A stretch of DNA of 64,000 nucleotides from an uncultured Gammaproteobacteria bacterium (GTDB lineage: Bacteria; Pseudomonadota; Gammaproteobacteria; Arenicellales; JAANXG01): positions 86,451-150,450 of the forward strand of contig CAMYKK010000001.1 of NCBI GenBank assembly GCA_947258975.1, in the 5' to 3' direction. Positions 19,884 through 29,452 of this stretch are shown piece by piece (positions within the stretch are counted from its first letter, which is position 1; each line of letters starts with the position of its first letter). The translations under genes were made by a program, and so were the position numbers. The notes under the pieces were generated by a model. It saw only the letters and a list, made by a program, of their open reading frames with translations, did not search any database and had not been told where the DNA came from.

Positions 19884-21141
19884 GCGGGGTCTCGCGGTTC
19901 ACAGGAAGAGGAACGAATTGCCGATACACGCCGAGTAGCGCCTTGCTTTCTGTCTGCCAACTCAACTGGCTGCGTGCTGACATGACACCGCGCCGAAAAT
20001 GTTGCAGGTGGTTTGGATCTCCCAGCATGCGGTCAATCAACGCAGCTAGAGATCGCGGGGACTTGGTGTCCCCAACAAGACCTAGTTCATTCGTTACAAT
20101 TAGTCTGCGCAGCTCCGGCAGATCCGTCGCCACCATGGGTACCCCCGCCGCGACGAACTCAAACAACTTGTTCGGCGTACACAAGCGATTGTTTTCGCAG
20201 TTAGGTTGATACGGAATGACGCCCGCATCCCCACTGGCCGTATATGCCAGCAAACTGTTCTGGGGCACACGCGGATGCAGGTGAATGCGGTCCTGAAGAC
20301 CGTGAAACACAGCAATTCTCTGTAACCGCGCAGCCAAAACGCCGTCACCGAGCAGCACCAAATGTAAATCAGATGTGCGCACCAGGCCTATGGCCTTTGC
20401 CAGCACCTGTAGGTTTCGATCCGACGACAATCCTCCCTGGTACAACAGGATTTTTGCGCTCGCCGGCAGATCAAAGTGTTGATGAAATAGCCGTCCCCGT
20501 GCCGGCGCATCCTCGCTCACGCGTTCCGCATTGTGTACGACATGCACTTTGTCGAGTTGATAGCGGCGCTCCAGTTCAGCAGCAATCGATGGATTTACCG
20601 TAATGACCGCATCGCACCGATGTATGTAACGACTCTCGATCGCAGTCCATATGCGTTTTTCACGGCGCGTGAGCTTCTGTTCCACGTGCAATTCATGACT
20701 ATCGAACACGAGCGATCCGCCGCTGCGCCGTGCGGCGGCGGCTGCCACCGGTAGGGTCGACAGGCTATGTGCCACCGCAATATCGGCCGGATAACGTGCT
20801 GCCGGCTCACGGAACAGCTCGAGAAAAAATGTCTCCGGATTCACGACCAGGAACCAGAGCAATGCGCGTAATCGGCGCATTGCCACGCTGTTCATTGGAA
20901 TCCAATGCCGTAGTCGGCGGTACGCGAGGGCGGCCAGGGAATGTCGATTCTTGCCGACGCTGCCGGATACGGCGATGCGAACGACCCGTGGGTCCTCGTC
21001 CGATTCCGGGGTATTGACCGGCATGGCAATGATCACGACCCGCCATCCAGCGGATTCTAAAGTATCCGCCTGCAATAGAATGCGGCGATCGATTTGCCGG
21101 TCCGTGGTGAACATCACGATCTGTCCCGTACTAGTGACCAA
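19870..21141 (-). CDS. GT-B glycosyltransferase (family 4-like)
   Basis: C-terminal glycos_transf_1-type region (ILLYQGGLSSDRN.., PNKLFEFVAAGVPMVATD). The N-terminus MFTTDRQIDRRILLQADTLESAGWRVVII is paralogous to that of 25892..27325. Confidence 0.8.
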   Translation of the reverse strand: MVTSTGQIVMFTTDRQIDRRILLQADTLESAGWRVVIIAMPVNTPESDEDPRVVRIAVSGSVGKNRHSLAALAYRRLRHWIPMNSVAMRRLRALLWFLVVNPETFFLELFREPAARYPADIAVAHSLSTLPVAAAAARRSGGSLVFDSHELHVEQKLTRREKRIWTAIESRYIHRCDAVITVNPSIAAELERRYQLDKVHVVHNAERVSEDAPARGRLFHQHFDLPASAKILLYQGGLSSDRNLQVLAKAIGLVRTSDLHLVLLGDGVLAARLQRIAVFHGLQDRIHLHPRVPQNSLLAYTASGDAGVIPYQPNCENNRLCTPNKLFEFVAAGVPMVATDLPELRRLIVTNELGLVGDTKSPRSLAALIDRMLGDPNHLQHFRRGVMSARSQLSWQTESKALLGVYRQFVPLPVNRETPHVSP

Positions 21142-23053
21142 TGCGGTTGTTCACGTCGCCGTCAATGAATAGCTGGTGCCAAAGTTCCAGACAGAGAACT
21201 CCCCAAATTTCACGACCAAATACCTGCTCGCGGCGCAACATATGTTGGATTTTGTCGTGGTTGTATATCCCCCGTTGTCGAGCGCGATCGGAAAAAAGCG
21301 TGTCGCGCACAAAATCACGCCCGCTGGATCGGTACCAACGCTGCAATGGAACGGGAAAGCCCATCTTGTCCTTACGATCTAGAATGCTCGACGGCACGCG
21401 ATTTCTCAGCGTCTTGCGCAATAGATGGCGCAAGCGCCCGTTCGCGAATTTTATGCTTGTGGGCACCGCCGCCGTGAATTCCACCAAATGGTGGTCTAGA
21501 AGCGGTACGCGGGATTCAATGGACGCCGCCATACTGGTCCGATCCTCAACATGTAACAAAGCTGGCAGCGATTCCTTGAGATCGAAATATTGCATCCGGT
21601 TTACGATTGAACCGAGATCAGAGCGGTTGAATATCTCCTGGTATGCTTCGTAACTGGAATACGGGGTTGCCGTGACATCGTCTGTGTACACGCTATTGAC
21701 GCCATCGCCGCGTTGGATGAGACGAAAATAACGTTCGCACGCCTCTCCAAATACGCCAGCGCTAAAATAATTCTTTAGCATGGGAATGTAGGATTGGAGC
21801 GCAGTCAGGTTGGGTGCCAGAGATGCCAACGAGGCCGTTCCGTGAACATCGTCTCTATTGTCAAAGATGGCTGCCTTCAGGCAATGCTCCAAATAGGCGA
21901 CAAGGTAACGGGCGTAGCCGATAAATACCTCGTCTCCTCCTTGTCCGCCCAGCACGACCTTAACGTGTTCGGCCGCCATCTTTGAAACATAGTATTGCGG
22001 CATCAAACCGGGCCCGGCTGCCGGCTCATCCATGTAGTAAATCAAATCCGTGATTACGTCACTGAACCCTGATTCCGGAATGTAGATCTGGTAGTTCTCG
22101 GTCTGCGTGAATTCGGACACGGTTTTGGCGTGGCGTGTCTCGTCATACTGTTCGCCGCGAAATGCGCCGGTAAAACTCTTGAACGCTGAATCTTTGAACA
22201 TCGGTGCAGCCAGGCACACGATAGCGCTCGAATCAATACCGCCGGACAACTGTGCCCCAAGCGGCACATCGGAGCGAAGGTGCAACGTAACCGACTCCTC
22301 GAGCTGAGACGCCAACTTGTCTCTAAAAAAGCGCTCATCGTGCTCGTCATCGACGGTGTAGGAGACGTCCCAATACCGGCTTGTATTCAGGAGTAATCGT
22401 CCTCGTTCGATTTCTGCAACGAGATAGAATCCCGGTTTCAGTTTATGAATTCCTCGAAACAGGGTCTTATCTCCAAGGCAGAAATGGAAAGTCACATAGT
22501 CCTGCAACGCATTAACATCGACCTGTGCATCATGGAGTCCGCTGGTGATTATCGCCTTTATCTCGGAGGCAAAAACGAGGCGTTCATCAGTCACGGAAAA
22601 GTAAAACGGCTTGACGCCAATCCGGTCTCTGGCGCAAAAGAGTCTGTTACGCTCCTGATCCCAAAGCGCGAACGCGAACATGCCGCGAAACCGTGTCGTG
22701 CAACCGTGTCCCCACTCAGCGTAGGCGTATAAGATAATCTCCGTATCGCAATGGGTTTTCAACGTATGGCCACGTGCGACCAACTCCCGGCGCAATTCCA
22801 AGTAGTTATAAATAGCGCCATTGAACACCACTGTAAGTTTGCCGTCAGGGGTGGTCATGGGTTGATGTCCATGATCCGGATCGAAAATAGACAGGCGGCG
22901 GTGGCCAAGAATCAACGACGGTGTACCGCGCCGAACATAGATCCCGGAATCATCCGGGCCTCGGTGGCTCATTACGGTGAGCATTCTATGCATCGATGCA
23001 TCGTGCTCGCCAGTTCCTCCGGGTGGTCCAAAAATTCCCGCTATTCCACACAC
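21131..23053 (-). CDS. asnB: Asparagine synthase (glutamine-hydrolysing) family amidotransferase
   Basis: MCGIAGIFG gives the N-terminal nucleophile Cys, and LSGGIDSSAIV is the PP-loop. 640 aa. Enzymes of this family in glycan clusters typically amidate uronic acids. Confidence 0.9.
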   Translation of the reverse strand: MCGIAGIFGPPGGTGEHDASMHRMLTVMSHRGPDDSGIYVRRGTPSLILGHRRLSIFDPDHGHQPMTTPDGKLTVVFNGAIYNYLELRRELVARGHTLKTHCDTEIILYAYAEWGHGCTTRFRGMFAFALWDQERNRLFCARDRIGVKPFYFSVTDERLVFASEIKAIITSGLHDAQVDVNALQDYVTFHFCLGDKTLFRGIHKLKPGFYLVAEIERGRLLLNTSRYWDVSYTVDDEHDERFFRDKLASQLEESVTLHLRSDVPLGAQLSGGIDSSAIVCLAAPMFKDSAFKSFTGAFRGEQYDETRHAKTVSEFTQTENYQIYIPESGFSDVITDLIYYMDEPAAGPGLMPQYYVSKMAAEHVKVVLGGQGGDEVFIGYARYLVAYLEHCLKAAIFDNRDDVHGTASLASLAPNLTALQSYIPMLKNYFSAGVFGEACERYFRLIQRGDGVNSVYTDDVTATPYSSYEAYQEIFNRSDLGSIVNRMQYFDLKESLPALLHVEDRTSMAASIESRVPLLDHHLVEFTAAVPTSIKFANGRLRHLLRKTLRNRVPSSILDRKDKMGFPVPLQRWYRSSGRDFVRDTLFSDRARQRGIYNHDKIQHMLRREQVFGREIWGVLCLELWHQLFIDGDVNNRIGH

Positions 23054-23205
23054 TTTCTTCTGTTCCGTTCAAATTTGGCCGGTCATTATCTAAAAAAAGC
23101 AACATCCAAGCCAAGGCTGCGTCATGGCGTGACGCTGGTTTTACTTTCGGATTTACGCGCGCACTTTGCCGAATTCAAGCTGCAATACGTCAACACATGA
23201 AGACC

Positions 23206-25857
23206 TTAGAGCGTGGCATGTCTTTTGAGGTAAGTACCGATCACCTTGGCCAATCGCAACCGGTTCCCTATTGACATATCGCGCGGTAGTCGTTCGAGCA
23301 CTTTGTCGATCTGACCTTGAAGCCGTTTCTCCAAGAGCGGAGACGGTGACCAGCCGAGAAATTCACCGATCGACGCCATGATTCCGTAAAAGGCGTGGCG
23401 GTGGGCGGGACCCTCAATTCCCCCCAAATATCGCAACCGATCCAAGGCACTGTGCCGCGTCAGGTGATCCGTCGTCGTTTCGATTTCGTCGGTACTCAGT
23501 TCCGCCGCCAATCCGATCCGTTTCAGTGCGCCGATCAGGCGAAAGTCGACCGCAGCATGCCCGGAATCTTGTACGACTTGGCTGGTGACTCCGTAGGGCC
23601 AAATCAATCCATTGCGAGCAAGCGGATCTTCGTCGATATGACCGAGAAATTCATTGTATAACTCAAGAGACCGGTGCAGAAATTCCTTATTGCCGTCGAG
23701 CAGGAACCGTTGCAGCCACACATAACTCATTGCAGTCGTTGTGTTGATCACCACTTTATTGTCGTGTGGGTGCTCGCTGTACCAATAGTGTCCTTTGCCG
23801 GGAGCGCTCTTGACGTAATGCCGCTCCCACGTGTTCAGAATCTTGTGCGCTTTGGCCTTTATAATATTGGCACGCTCCTTTTGGGCTCGCGATAGTGTTG
23901 TGTCCGCGCGTAGCGCCAGCAGAGCATTGTAGATCGCGGCAAGTGCGGAGGATGTCTGAAATACATACTTAGTCCGCTTATGGTTGACCGATCCGTCCTG
24001 AAACGCATCAAATTCGGCGCCCTTTACCCAGCCATATGGCTCTCCCGCAAACACGTCAGGGGCTGATAATAGTTTTTCACTGAGAACAAGAATGCGCTCG
24101 ATCAGGTCCCTAGGCTCTGCTTGGCTGTGTGTGCAGAGCCCCTCATACGTAAAAAAATCTGCAAGGCTGGATAAAAATATGCCAATGTTAAATACATCAG
24201 TCGCAACAGGCAGAGTGTTCCCCCTGTAGCCATAGACGTTCCAGCCACGGTCGAGAATGGATATCCAATGGTCAATGTAGCGTTCATCTTCAGGCCGGCA
24301 ATCGATTGCGATGCTACGGGTGATTTCCTTCCGGTTCCAGTGAATTTGTTCCGATGGACTGATATGCCTTGGGATAATCTGCGAACGAACCGGGGGCAGG
24401 TACGACATCTGGTGGCTGTCGGCCTGATCTGTTCCATATAAATAGTAATAGTAGAAAAATGCGATAATGCCGCCGTCGACACCTCTTTTCAATTGCTCCG
24501 CACGCACTTCCGGTTTTAGGAACCAGTTATAGAATCCGTATATGCGATGCTCTGCAATAAGCTCGCTCAAACGTCTCTCCGGGGCGATGCCGGTAAGTTG
24601 GTAGTTATCGCCCACGTGAAAGGCCATATTGGTTTCACCGTCCACGATCAAACCTGCCGCTTGCACCAGTTGATGGCCTGCAAAAAAGTCTCCGAGTGCC
24701 AGTGTTGATTTCCAGGCATGTGATTCGAAGCGCCAAGCATATCCGATAATTCGATGGGGAATTTCCCAGAGCGTCAGCAATGTTGACACCAGGTTCGCGA
24801 TCTCCGAAGAATCGCCGAGATCGTTGACCTGAACAGCAGTCTGTTTTCCCAGCCGGGTGTTGAATGTTCCGAAGCGGAAATAGCCGTGCACCAGATTCAT
24901 GACGTCCAATACCTTGTACTGCTTCGGTGTCAGTCCGGCATAGGTGCTACGTATAAATTCGACGTTTCTGTGGAAATTCTTGTTCAGTCTGTCACGGACG
25001 AACTCCCATGCCCGTTTGCGGGGATATCGCAGTCGTTTGATGTCGCCGAGCCAGGTAGCGTAGACATCCTTGTATTTCGATGTAAACGCCTCAAACGTTG
25101 CTTGACTATTGAAGAACAGCGCCTCATGAAACTCGCGCGGTAAATGGTCGATGTGGCGCCGGCTACCCGATTGGTCAAGCCAGGGCGCATGGGACAAGTA
25201 GGGTGGGACTTCTCCTGACCATGTATGACCCTTTACGGTAACCGGTGCGCGTTTTCTCGACGGGCCGTCCCGATAGTGTTTGTTCAAATAGACAAGTCTT
25301 GGGTTGAACCCATTGGGAAACAAAGCCTCGGTATCGAGACTTATCTTGAGCTCCCGAAAACGATTATCCTGTCGATGGGGCTCGAGGCGCGCGTGTTGCA
25401 CATAGCGCGTGCCGTTGAAAATATTAAACGATACCGGCGCCCCCCTGAGGAATCTGTAGATCACGGTTATTTCGGCGTTATCGACAGCTAACAATCGAAC
25501 CGCACTACTAGCGATAATTGCGGCATGCCGATCCGTGGGAAATCGCACGAATGCGCTGCGGTATGAGTGCTGTTGTGCGCGATGCACGTTGCCCCAGCCA
25601 TTTAGGCGATTGACCGGAAATTCGCGGGGCGAGTGTACGTCCGATCTCCATAGCACATGAGCATTCACGCTCAGGACGACGGACCTGACATGCAGTTCCG
25701 GTAGCGCTTGTTCGGCGGTAAATTCGGCCGGTAAGGAAAAGTTGACGATAAATGGACGGGCTGTTGCGGGTAACGGTGCAATGATCTCCGCTGACCAAGT
25801 TTGCCCGTTATGCAACCACAGCAGAAAACACAACCAATGGGTCAAGCTGCGAGGCAT
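23206..25857 (-). CDS. Large secreted protein of unknown function (883 aa) inside the glycan cluster
   Basis: Track ORF 23206..26016 trimmed to the ATG at 25857 (MPRSLTHWLCFLLWLHNGQTWSAEI, signal-like), 35 nt downstream of the previous stop. No family recognised. A possible transglutaminase-fold-like stretch GDSSEIANLVSTLLTLWEIPHRIIGY..SHAW..VDGE has Ser where Cys is expected. Confidence 0.6.
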   Translation of the reverse strand: MPRSLTHWLCFLLWLHNGQTWSAEIIAPLPATARPFIVNFSLPAEFTAEQALPELHVRSVVLSVNAHVLWRSDVHSPREFPVNRLNGWGNVHRAQQHSYRSAFVRFPTDRHAAIIASSAVRLLAVDNAEITVIYRFLRGAPVSFNIFNGTRYVQHARLEPHRQDNRFRELKISLDTEALFPNGFNPRLVYLNKHYRDGPSRKRAPVTVKGHTWSGEVPPYLSHAPWLDQSGSRRHIDHLPREFHEALFFNSQATFEAFTSKYKDVYATWLGDIKRLRYPRKRAWEFVRDRLNKNFHRNVEFIRSTYAGLTPKQYKVLDVMNLVHGYFRFGTFNTRLGKQTAVQVNDLGDSSEIANLVSTLLTLWEIPHRIIGYAWRFESHAWKSTLALGDFFAGHQLVQAAGLIVDGETNMAFHVGDNYQLTGIAPERRLSELIAEHRIYGFYNWFLKPEVRAEQLKRGVDGGIIAFFYYYYLYGTDQADSHQMSYLPPVRSQIIPRHISPSEQIHWNRKEITRSIAIDCRPEDERYIDHWISILDRGWNVYGYRGNTLPVATDVFNIGIFLSSLADFFTYEGLCTHSQAEPRDLIERILVLSEKLLSAPDVFAGEPYGWVKGAEFDAFQDGSVNHKRTKYVFQTSSALAAIYNALLALRADTTLSRAQKERANIIKAKAHKILNTWERHYVKSAPGKGHYWYSEHPHDNKVVINTTTAMSYVWLQRFLLDGNKEFLHRSLELYNEFLGHIDEDPLARNGLIWPYGVTSQVVQDSGHAAVDFRLIGALKRIGLAAELSTDEIETTTDHLTRHSALDRLRYLGGIEGPAHRHAFYGIMASIGEFLGWSPSPLLEKRLQGQIDKVLERLPRDMSIGNRLRLAKVIGTYLKRHATL

Positions 25858-25891
25858 GGCGCGACCATGGGAACGTGCTACATAATGCCCT

Positions 25892-27325
25892 TCAATGGAC
25901 CGCTCCGGTTGGCGGCCGTGGATCGAGGCATTTTCCATATATTTCCAACAGGCGTTGCGATTCGTGATTCCAATCGTAAAGATGCTTATTTTCGCGAATA
26001 TTTGATTTAATCGCATCCAAGTTCTGCAAGGGAAAAGCGTTCACCGCGGTTGCGAACGCGGAATCATTTTGCATGTCTGCGCAGTAACCGAATCCATGCC
26101 GTTCTACAACCTCTTGAACGAAAGGCAGCCGGTTAGCGAGAATCGGTAGCTCTGCGGATATGTACTCGTATAATTTGTTCGGTGAACAATTGTGTGTATT
26201 GATGTCCCGTCCGTAGGGATAGGGTATGAGACCGATGTCGGCCGATGCGGTATAGGCCGGTAACTCGTCCCAGCCTTTGCTGGGCACAAATAACACTCGG
26301 TCACCCACAGTATGTTCTTGTGCAAGCTGTTTCAGCGAGTCGGTGTAGTCGCCATAACCCATCAACACAAGCAAAAAACGCTTGTTGATTCGATGCATGC
26401 CGCGTATCAACGACTCCAGGTTGCGGCCGGGAGCGAGCCAGCCTTGGTATAGCAGGATGATCGAAGACCGCGGCAACCTTAACTCTTTACGGAACCGGTC
26501 CGGTGTGCCGATGTTGTTCATTGCCGGCACGGCGTTCTGCACCACATCGATGCGAATGCCCGGATATCGATCTTCCATGATTCGCGCCAGCACGGGATTG
26601 ACCGTTATGATGTGATCCGCGTCGTAAATGTGTTTTCGTTCGAATCTGCGCAGTCGTCGTCGGTCTCCCTCATTGACGCGCGGCTGTTCCGGGTAGAATT
26701 CATGGGCATCATAAATAAGCGGAATCCTCAAGCGCCGCTTCACGAATACCCCTGCCGCCAAATAAGGCAGATCATGCACGTGCACGACGTCCGGGTCATA
26801 GAAGAGAGCTCGTTCCGCAATGATTGTCTCGCGAGATGGCAACCGCTTAGAATGCCGCGCGAGCAGATACAAAGTGGTTTTACTCAACGCATATACCGTG
26901 TGTCCACAGAGTGTGTAGGCCTTGAGCAAGAACTTCAGAGTCAGCGCGACCAGCCTGTTCCATGTCAGTAGAACCTTGCCAAACACCTTACGCCAGATTG
27001 ATGTGGGGACGGCACTAATCAAGCTCTCCATATGGCCGGTTGTCGCGAGTATTTGATTGCGAAAACCGGTCTGCGTTTTGGCCGATAGCCGGTTTATAAG
27101 GTCTATGGCCGAATTTTGGATACGATTTACCCGGGGTGGCTTACCCTCGGCAGCGACAGGGCAACAACGTTCTATCTTGACTCGACCGATCCGCTCGTAT
27201 ACGGGGATACCCTGATCGCTATTTGCCAACAGGATGACTTCATGCCCCGAGTCCATTAGGGCGTCCGCCTCCAGAATGATGCGCCGGTCGATGATCGTGT
27301 CGGGAGTCAACATCACGACGCGCAT
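25892..27325 (-). CDS. GT-B glycosyltransferase (family 4-like), paralogue of 19870..21141
   Basis: Trimmed to the ATG at 27325 (MRVVMLTPDTIIDRRIILEADALMDSGHEVILL), 7 nt after the upstream stop. Contains ILLYQGWLAPGRN and SPNKLYEYISAELPILAN. Confidence 0.8.
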   Translation of the reverse strand: MRVVMLTPDTIIDRRIILEADALMDSGHEVILLANSDQGIPVYERIGRVKIERCCPVAAEGKPPRVNRIQNSAIDLINRLSAKTQTGFRNQILATTGHMESLISAVPTSIWRKVFGKVLLTWNRLVALTLKFLLKAYTLCGHTVYALSKTTLYLLARHSKRLPSRETIIAERALFYDPDVVHVHDLPYLAAGVFVKRRLRIPLIYDAHEFYPEQPRVNEGDRRRLRRFERKHIYDADHIITVNPVLARIMEDRYPGIRIDVVQNAVPAMNNIGTPDRFRKELRLPRSSIILLYQGWLAPGRNLESLIRGMHRINKRFLLVLMGYGDYTDSLKQLAQEHTVGDRVLFVPSKGWDELPAYTASADIGLIPYPYGRDINTHNCSPNKLYEYISAELPILANRLPFVQEVVERHGFGYCADMQNDSAFATAVNAFPLQNLDAIKSNIRENKHLYDWNHESQRLLEIYGKCLDPRPPTGAVH

Positions 27326-27332
27326 ACGGGTG

Positions 27333-28388
27333 TCAAGTCCTGGACGATTGTTGATTGGATGCCGGGCCGTATGCGTCGATCGTCCTGCGCGCGACGATGT
27401 GGCTGTCGTGTATTGCCTCGGCGTAGCGCGTGCCACGCTCTCCAATGAGGTGCAAATGCTGACGATTTTCATAGGCGTTACGCAGCACGTGCGCGATATT
27501 GCCGGGATGGGCGTTGATGATGGGCAGCTCGGGAGGATACAGATCCACCAGGTCATCACGTAAGAAACAGACCACAGGCTTTGCCAGCGCCATCATTTCC
27601 ACCGCAAACAGGCCATAAGAACCCACTAACAGCTGATCCACAACAAGATCCGCCCGCACGTAACGTGTGAGTGCCTCGTGGTGCGGGATGTCTTCTATCA
27701 ACACCAGCTCGATCGGTAATCCTTGATTTTTGAGTTCATCGACGGCGTTTTGCAAATGACGGGTGCCTTTGATCAGACGGTTGGAGGGGCCATGTGCGAC
27801 AATGAATTTATCGTGCTGGTTCTCGCCGGCAGGCTCTGTTGCAGCGCGCTCATCCCGCGCCGCTGCGATGGCCTGAAGATCGACCGGTTGCGGCAGCCAG
27901 GAACTATCGGGCGCGAACTCCAGGAGATCCGGGGTGCTGACGAATATTCCGTCGGCATAACGAGACGCCGTTGCCAGCGCTGATTTCCGATTCGCGCTGC
28001 ACGCCATCGGCCAGCACTCACGGCAGGCGCTGATCTCATACTTCGCGATGGTGGCCTTGCTGTCGCGGATATCGCAGCCACAAAAATTAAAAAACACCTT
28101 TTTCCCCAGGGCCTTCAGCCAGCGGACATCCGTCAGCCGGGCGCCGGACAGCGATTCGCCAAAATAAAAATGAAACACTTGTATATCGAGGCAGTTGCGA
28201 AGAACGAACCGACATGTTTCGATGGTCCTGCTTGATAGGGAGCCCGGTTGCAGTACGCGGTCCGATTCGTAATGATAGGGCCCAGTCGGCAAACAATAGG
28301 ATATGGCGTCTACGCCCAGATCCCGTTGCGCACGCGCCAGCACGCCCGCCATCCCTCCGATGTTTTGTATGCCGTGGAAAACCTTCAT
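27333..28388 (-). CDS. Probable GT-B fold glycosyltransferase
   Basis: Trimmed to the ATG at 28388 (MKVFHGIQNIGGMAGVLA..), which makes an ATGA overlap with the wecB stop. The C-terminal half (FIVAHGPSNRLIKGTRHL..LVGSYGLFAVEMMALAKPVVCF) looks like a glycos_transf_1 domain. Confidence 0.6.
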   Translation of the reverse strand: MKVFHGIQNIGGMAGVLARAQRDLGVDAISYCLPTGPYHYESDRVLQPGSLSSRTIETCRFVLRNCLDIQVFHFYFGESLSGARLTDVRWLKALGKKVFFNFCGCDIRDSKATIAKYEISACRECWPMACSANRKSALATASRYADGIFVSTPDLLEFAPDSSWLPQPVDLQAIAAARDERAATEPAGENQHDKFIVAHGPSNRLIKGTRHLQNAVDELKNQGLPIELVLIEDIPHHEALTRYVRADLVVDQLLVGSYGLFAVEMMALAKPVVCFLRDDLVDLYPPELPIINAHPGNIAHVLRNAYENRQHLHLIGERGTRYAEAIHDSHIVARRTIDAYGPASNQQSSRT

Positions 28389-29452
28389 GATAAGCAGTTT
28401 TCCATCGCGGTAACGATCCTTGCGGCCGCTGTTCCCTGGCCGTAGATATCGTACCAATTGCCGGGCGTGTTGAGTGCCTGCCGATAGCAATCTAGGAGTG
28501 GAGTTGCGCCGGGTGGGGCAAGCACCGACCATCCAAGGTCCACCTGTTCCGTCCATTCCGTGTTGTTACGCAATACCACGCATGGGGTCCGCGTGAAGTA
28601 CGCTTCGCGCTGCACCCCACCGGAGTCGGTAATGATACATTGCGCGTTGTTTTCCAGGGACAACATTTCCCGATAGGGCACCGGATCAATCAACCGCAAA
28701 GATCCTGTCCATCCACGATGCATATCATAGTCCTCGATCAGCGAGCGCACGCGGGGATGTACCGGAAACACTACCGGCAACGGAAGAAGTGACAATTCAG
28801 TTAAGATTGCGCGAAAGAGCCCGGCATTGTTGGTGTTTTCCGCGCGATGTATGGTGGCCAGGATGAACCCGCCGGATTCGACACCGACGTCATCCATGAC
28901 TGCGTCATTGGCGGTTGATCTGAAATTCAAGAAACAGTCGTAAAGTAGATCACCGGTCTTGACCGTGCGCCCGGACAATCCCTCGCGCCGCAGATTTTCG
29001 ACTGCGGTGTCGGTGGGGGCGCACAATAACTCTGCCACGTGATCGGTGATAACTCGATTGATTTCTTCGGGTGAAAAGCGGTCGTGGCTGCGCATGCCGG
29101 CTTCGATATGCACCAAGGGGAGTGGCAATTTTGCACCTGCCAGGGCCCCCGCGAGGGTGGAGTTGGTATCACCATCCACTACTACCGCATCGGGCGAGTA
29201 TTGCGCAATCACCGCGTCCAATGCCGCCAGCATACGCCCGGTTTGTGCGCCATGTCCCGCCGAACCTACGCCCAGGTTTACGTCGGGCTCGGGTAGCCCC
29301 ATTTCGCGAAACAAACCCGCGCTCATGTTTGTGTCGTAGTGTTGGCCCGTGTGGACCAGAATCTCTCGATGGCCACGACGTTCAATTTCTCTGCGGAGCA
29401 TTGCCGCCTGCATGATTTGGGGCCGCGCGCCCACGATCCGGCAGAACTTCAT
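28385..29452 (-). CDS. wecB: UDP-N-acetylglucosamine 2-epimerase (non-hydrolysing)
   Basis: MKFCRIVGARPQIMQAAML..HTGQHYD..DTNSTLAGALAGAKL..ITDSGGVQREAYF are canonical WecB/MnaA motifs. Confidence 0.9.
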   Translation of the reverse strand: MKFCRIVGARPQIMQAAMLRREIERRGHREILVHTGQHYDTNMSAGLFREMGLPEPDVNLGVGSAGHGAQTGRMLAALDAVIAQYSPDAVVVDGDTNSTLAGALAGAKLPLPLVHIEAGMRSHDRFSPEEINRVITDHVAELLCAPTDTAVENLRREGLSGRTVKTGDLLYDCFLNFRSTANDAVMDDVGVESGGFILATIHRAENTNNAGLFRAILTELSLLPLPVVFPVHPRVRSLIEDYDMHRGWTGSLRLIDPVPYREMLSLENNAQCIITDSGGVQREAYFTRTPCVVLRNNTEWTEQVDLGWSVLAPPGATPLLDCYRQALNTPGNWYDIYGQGTAAARIVTAMENCLS

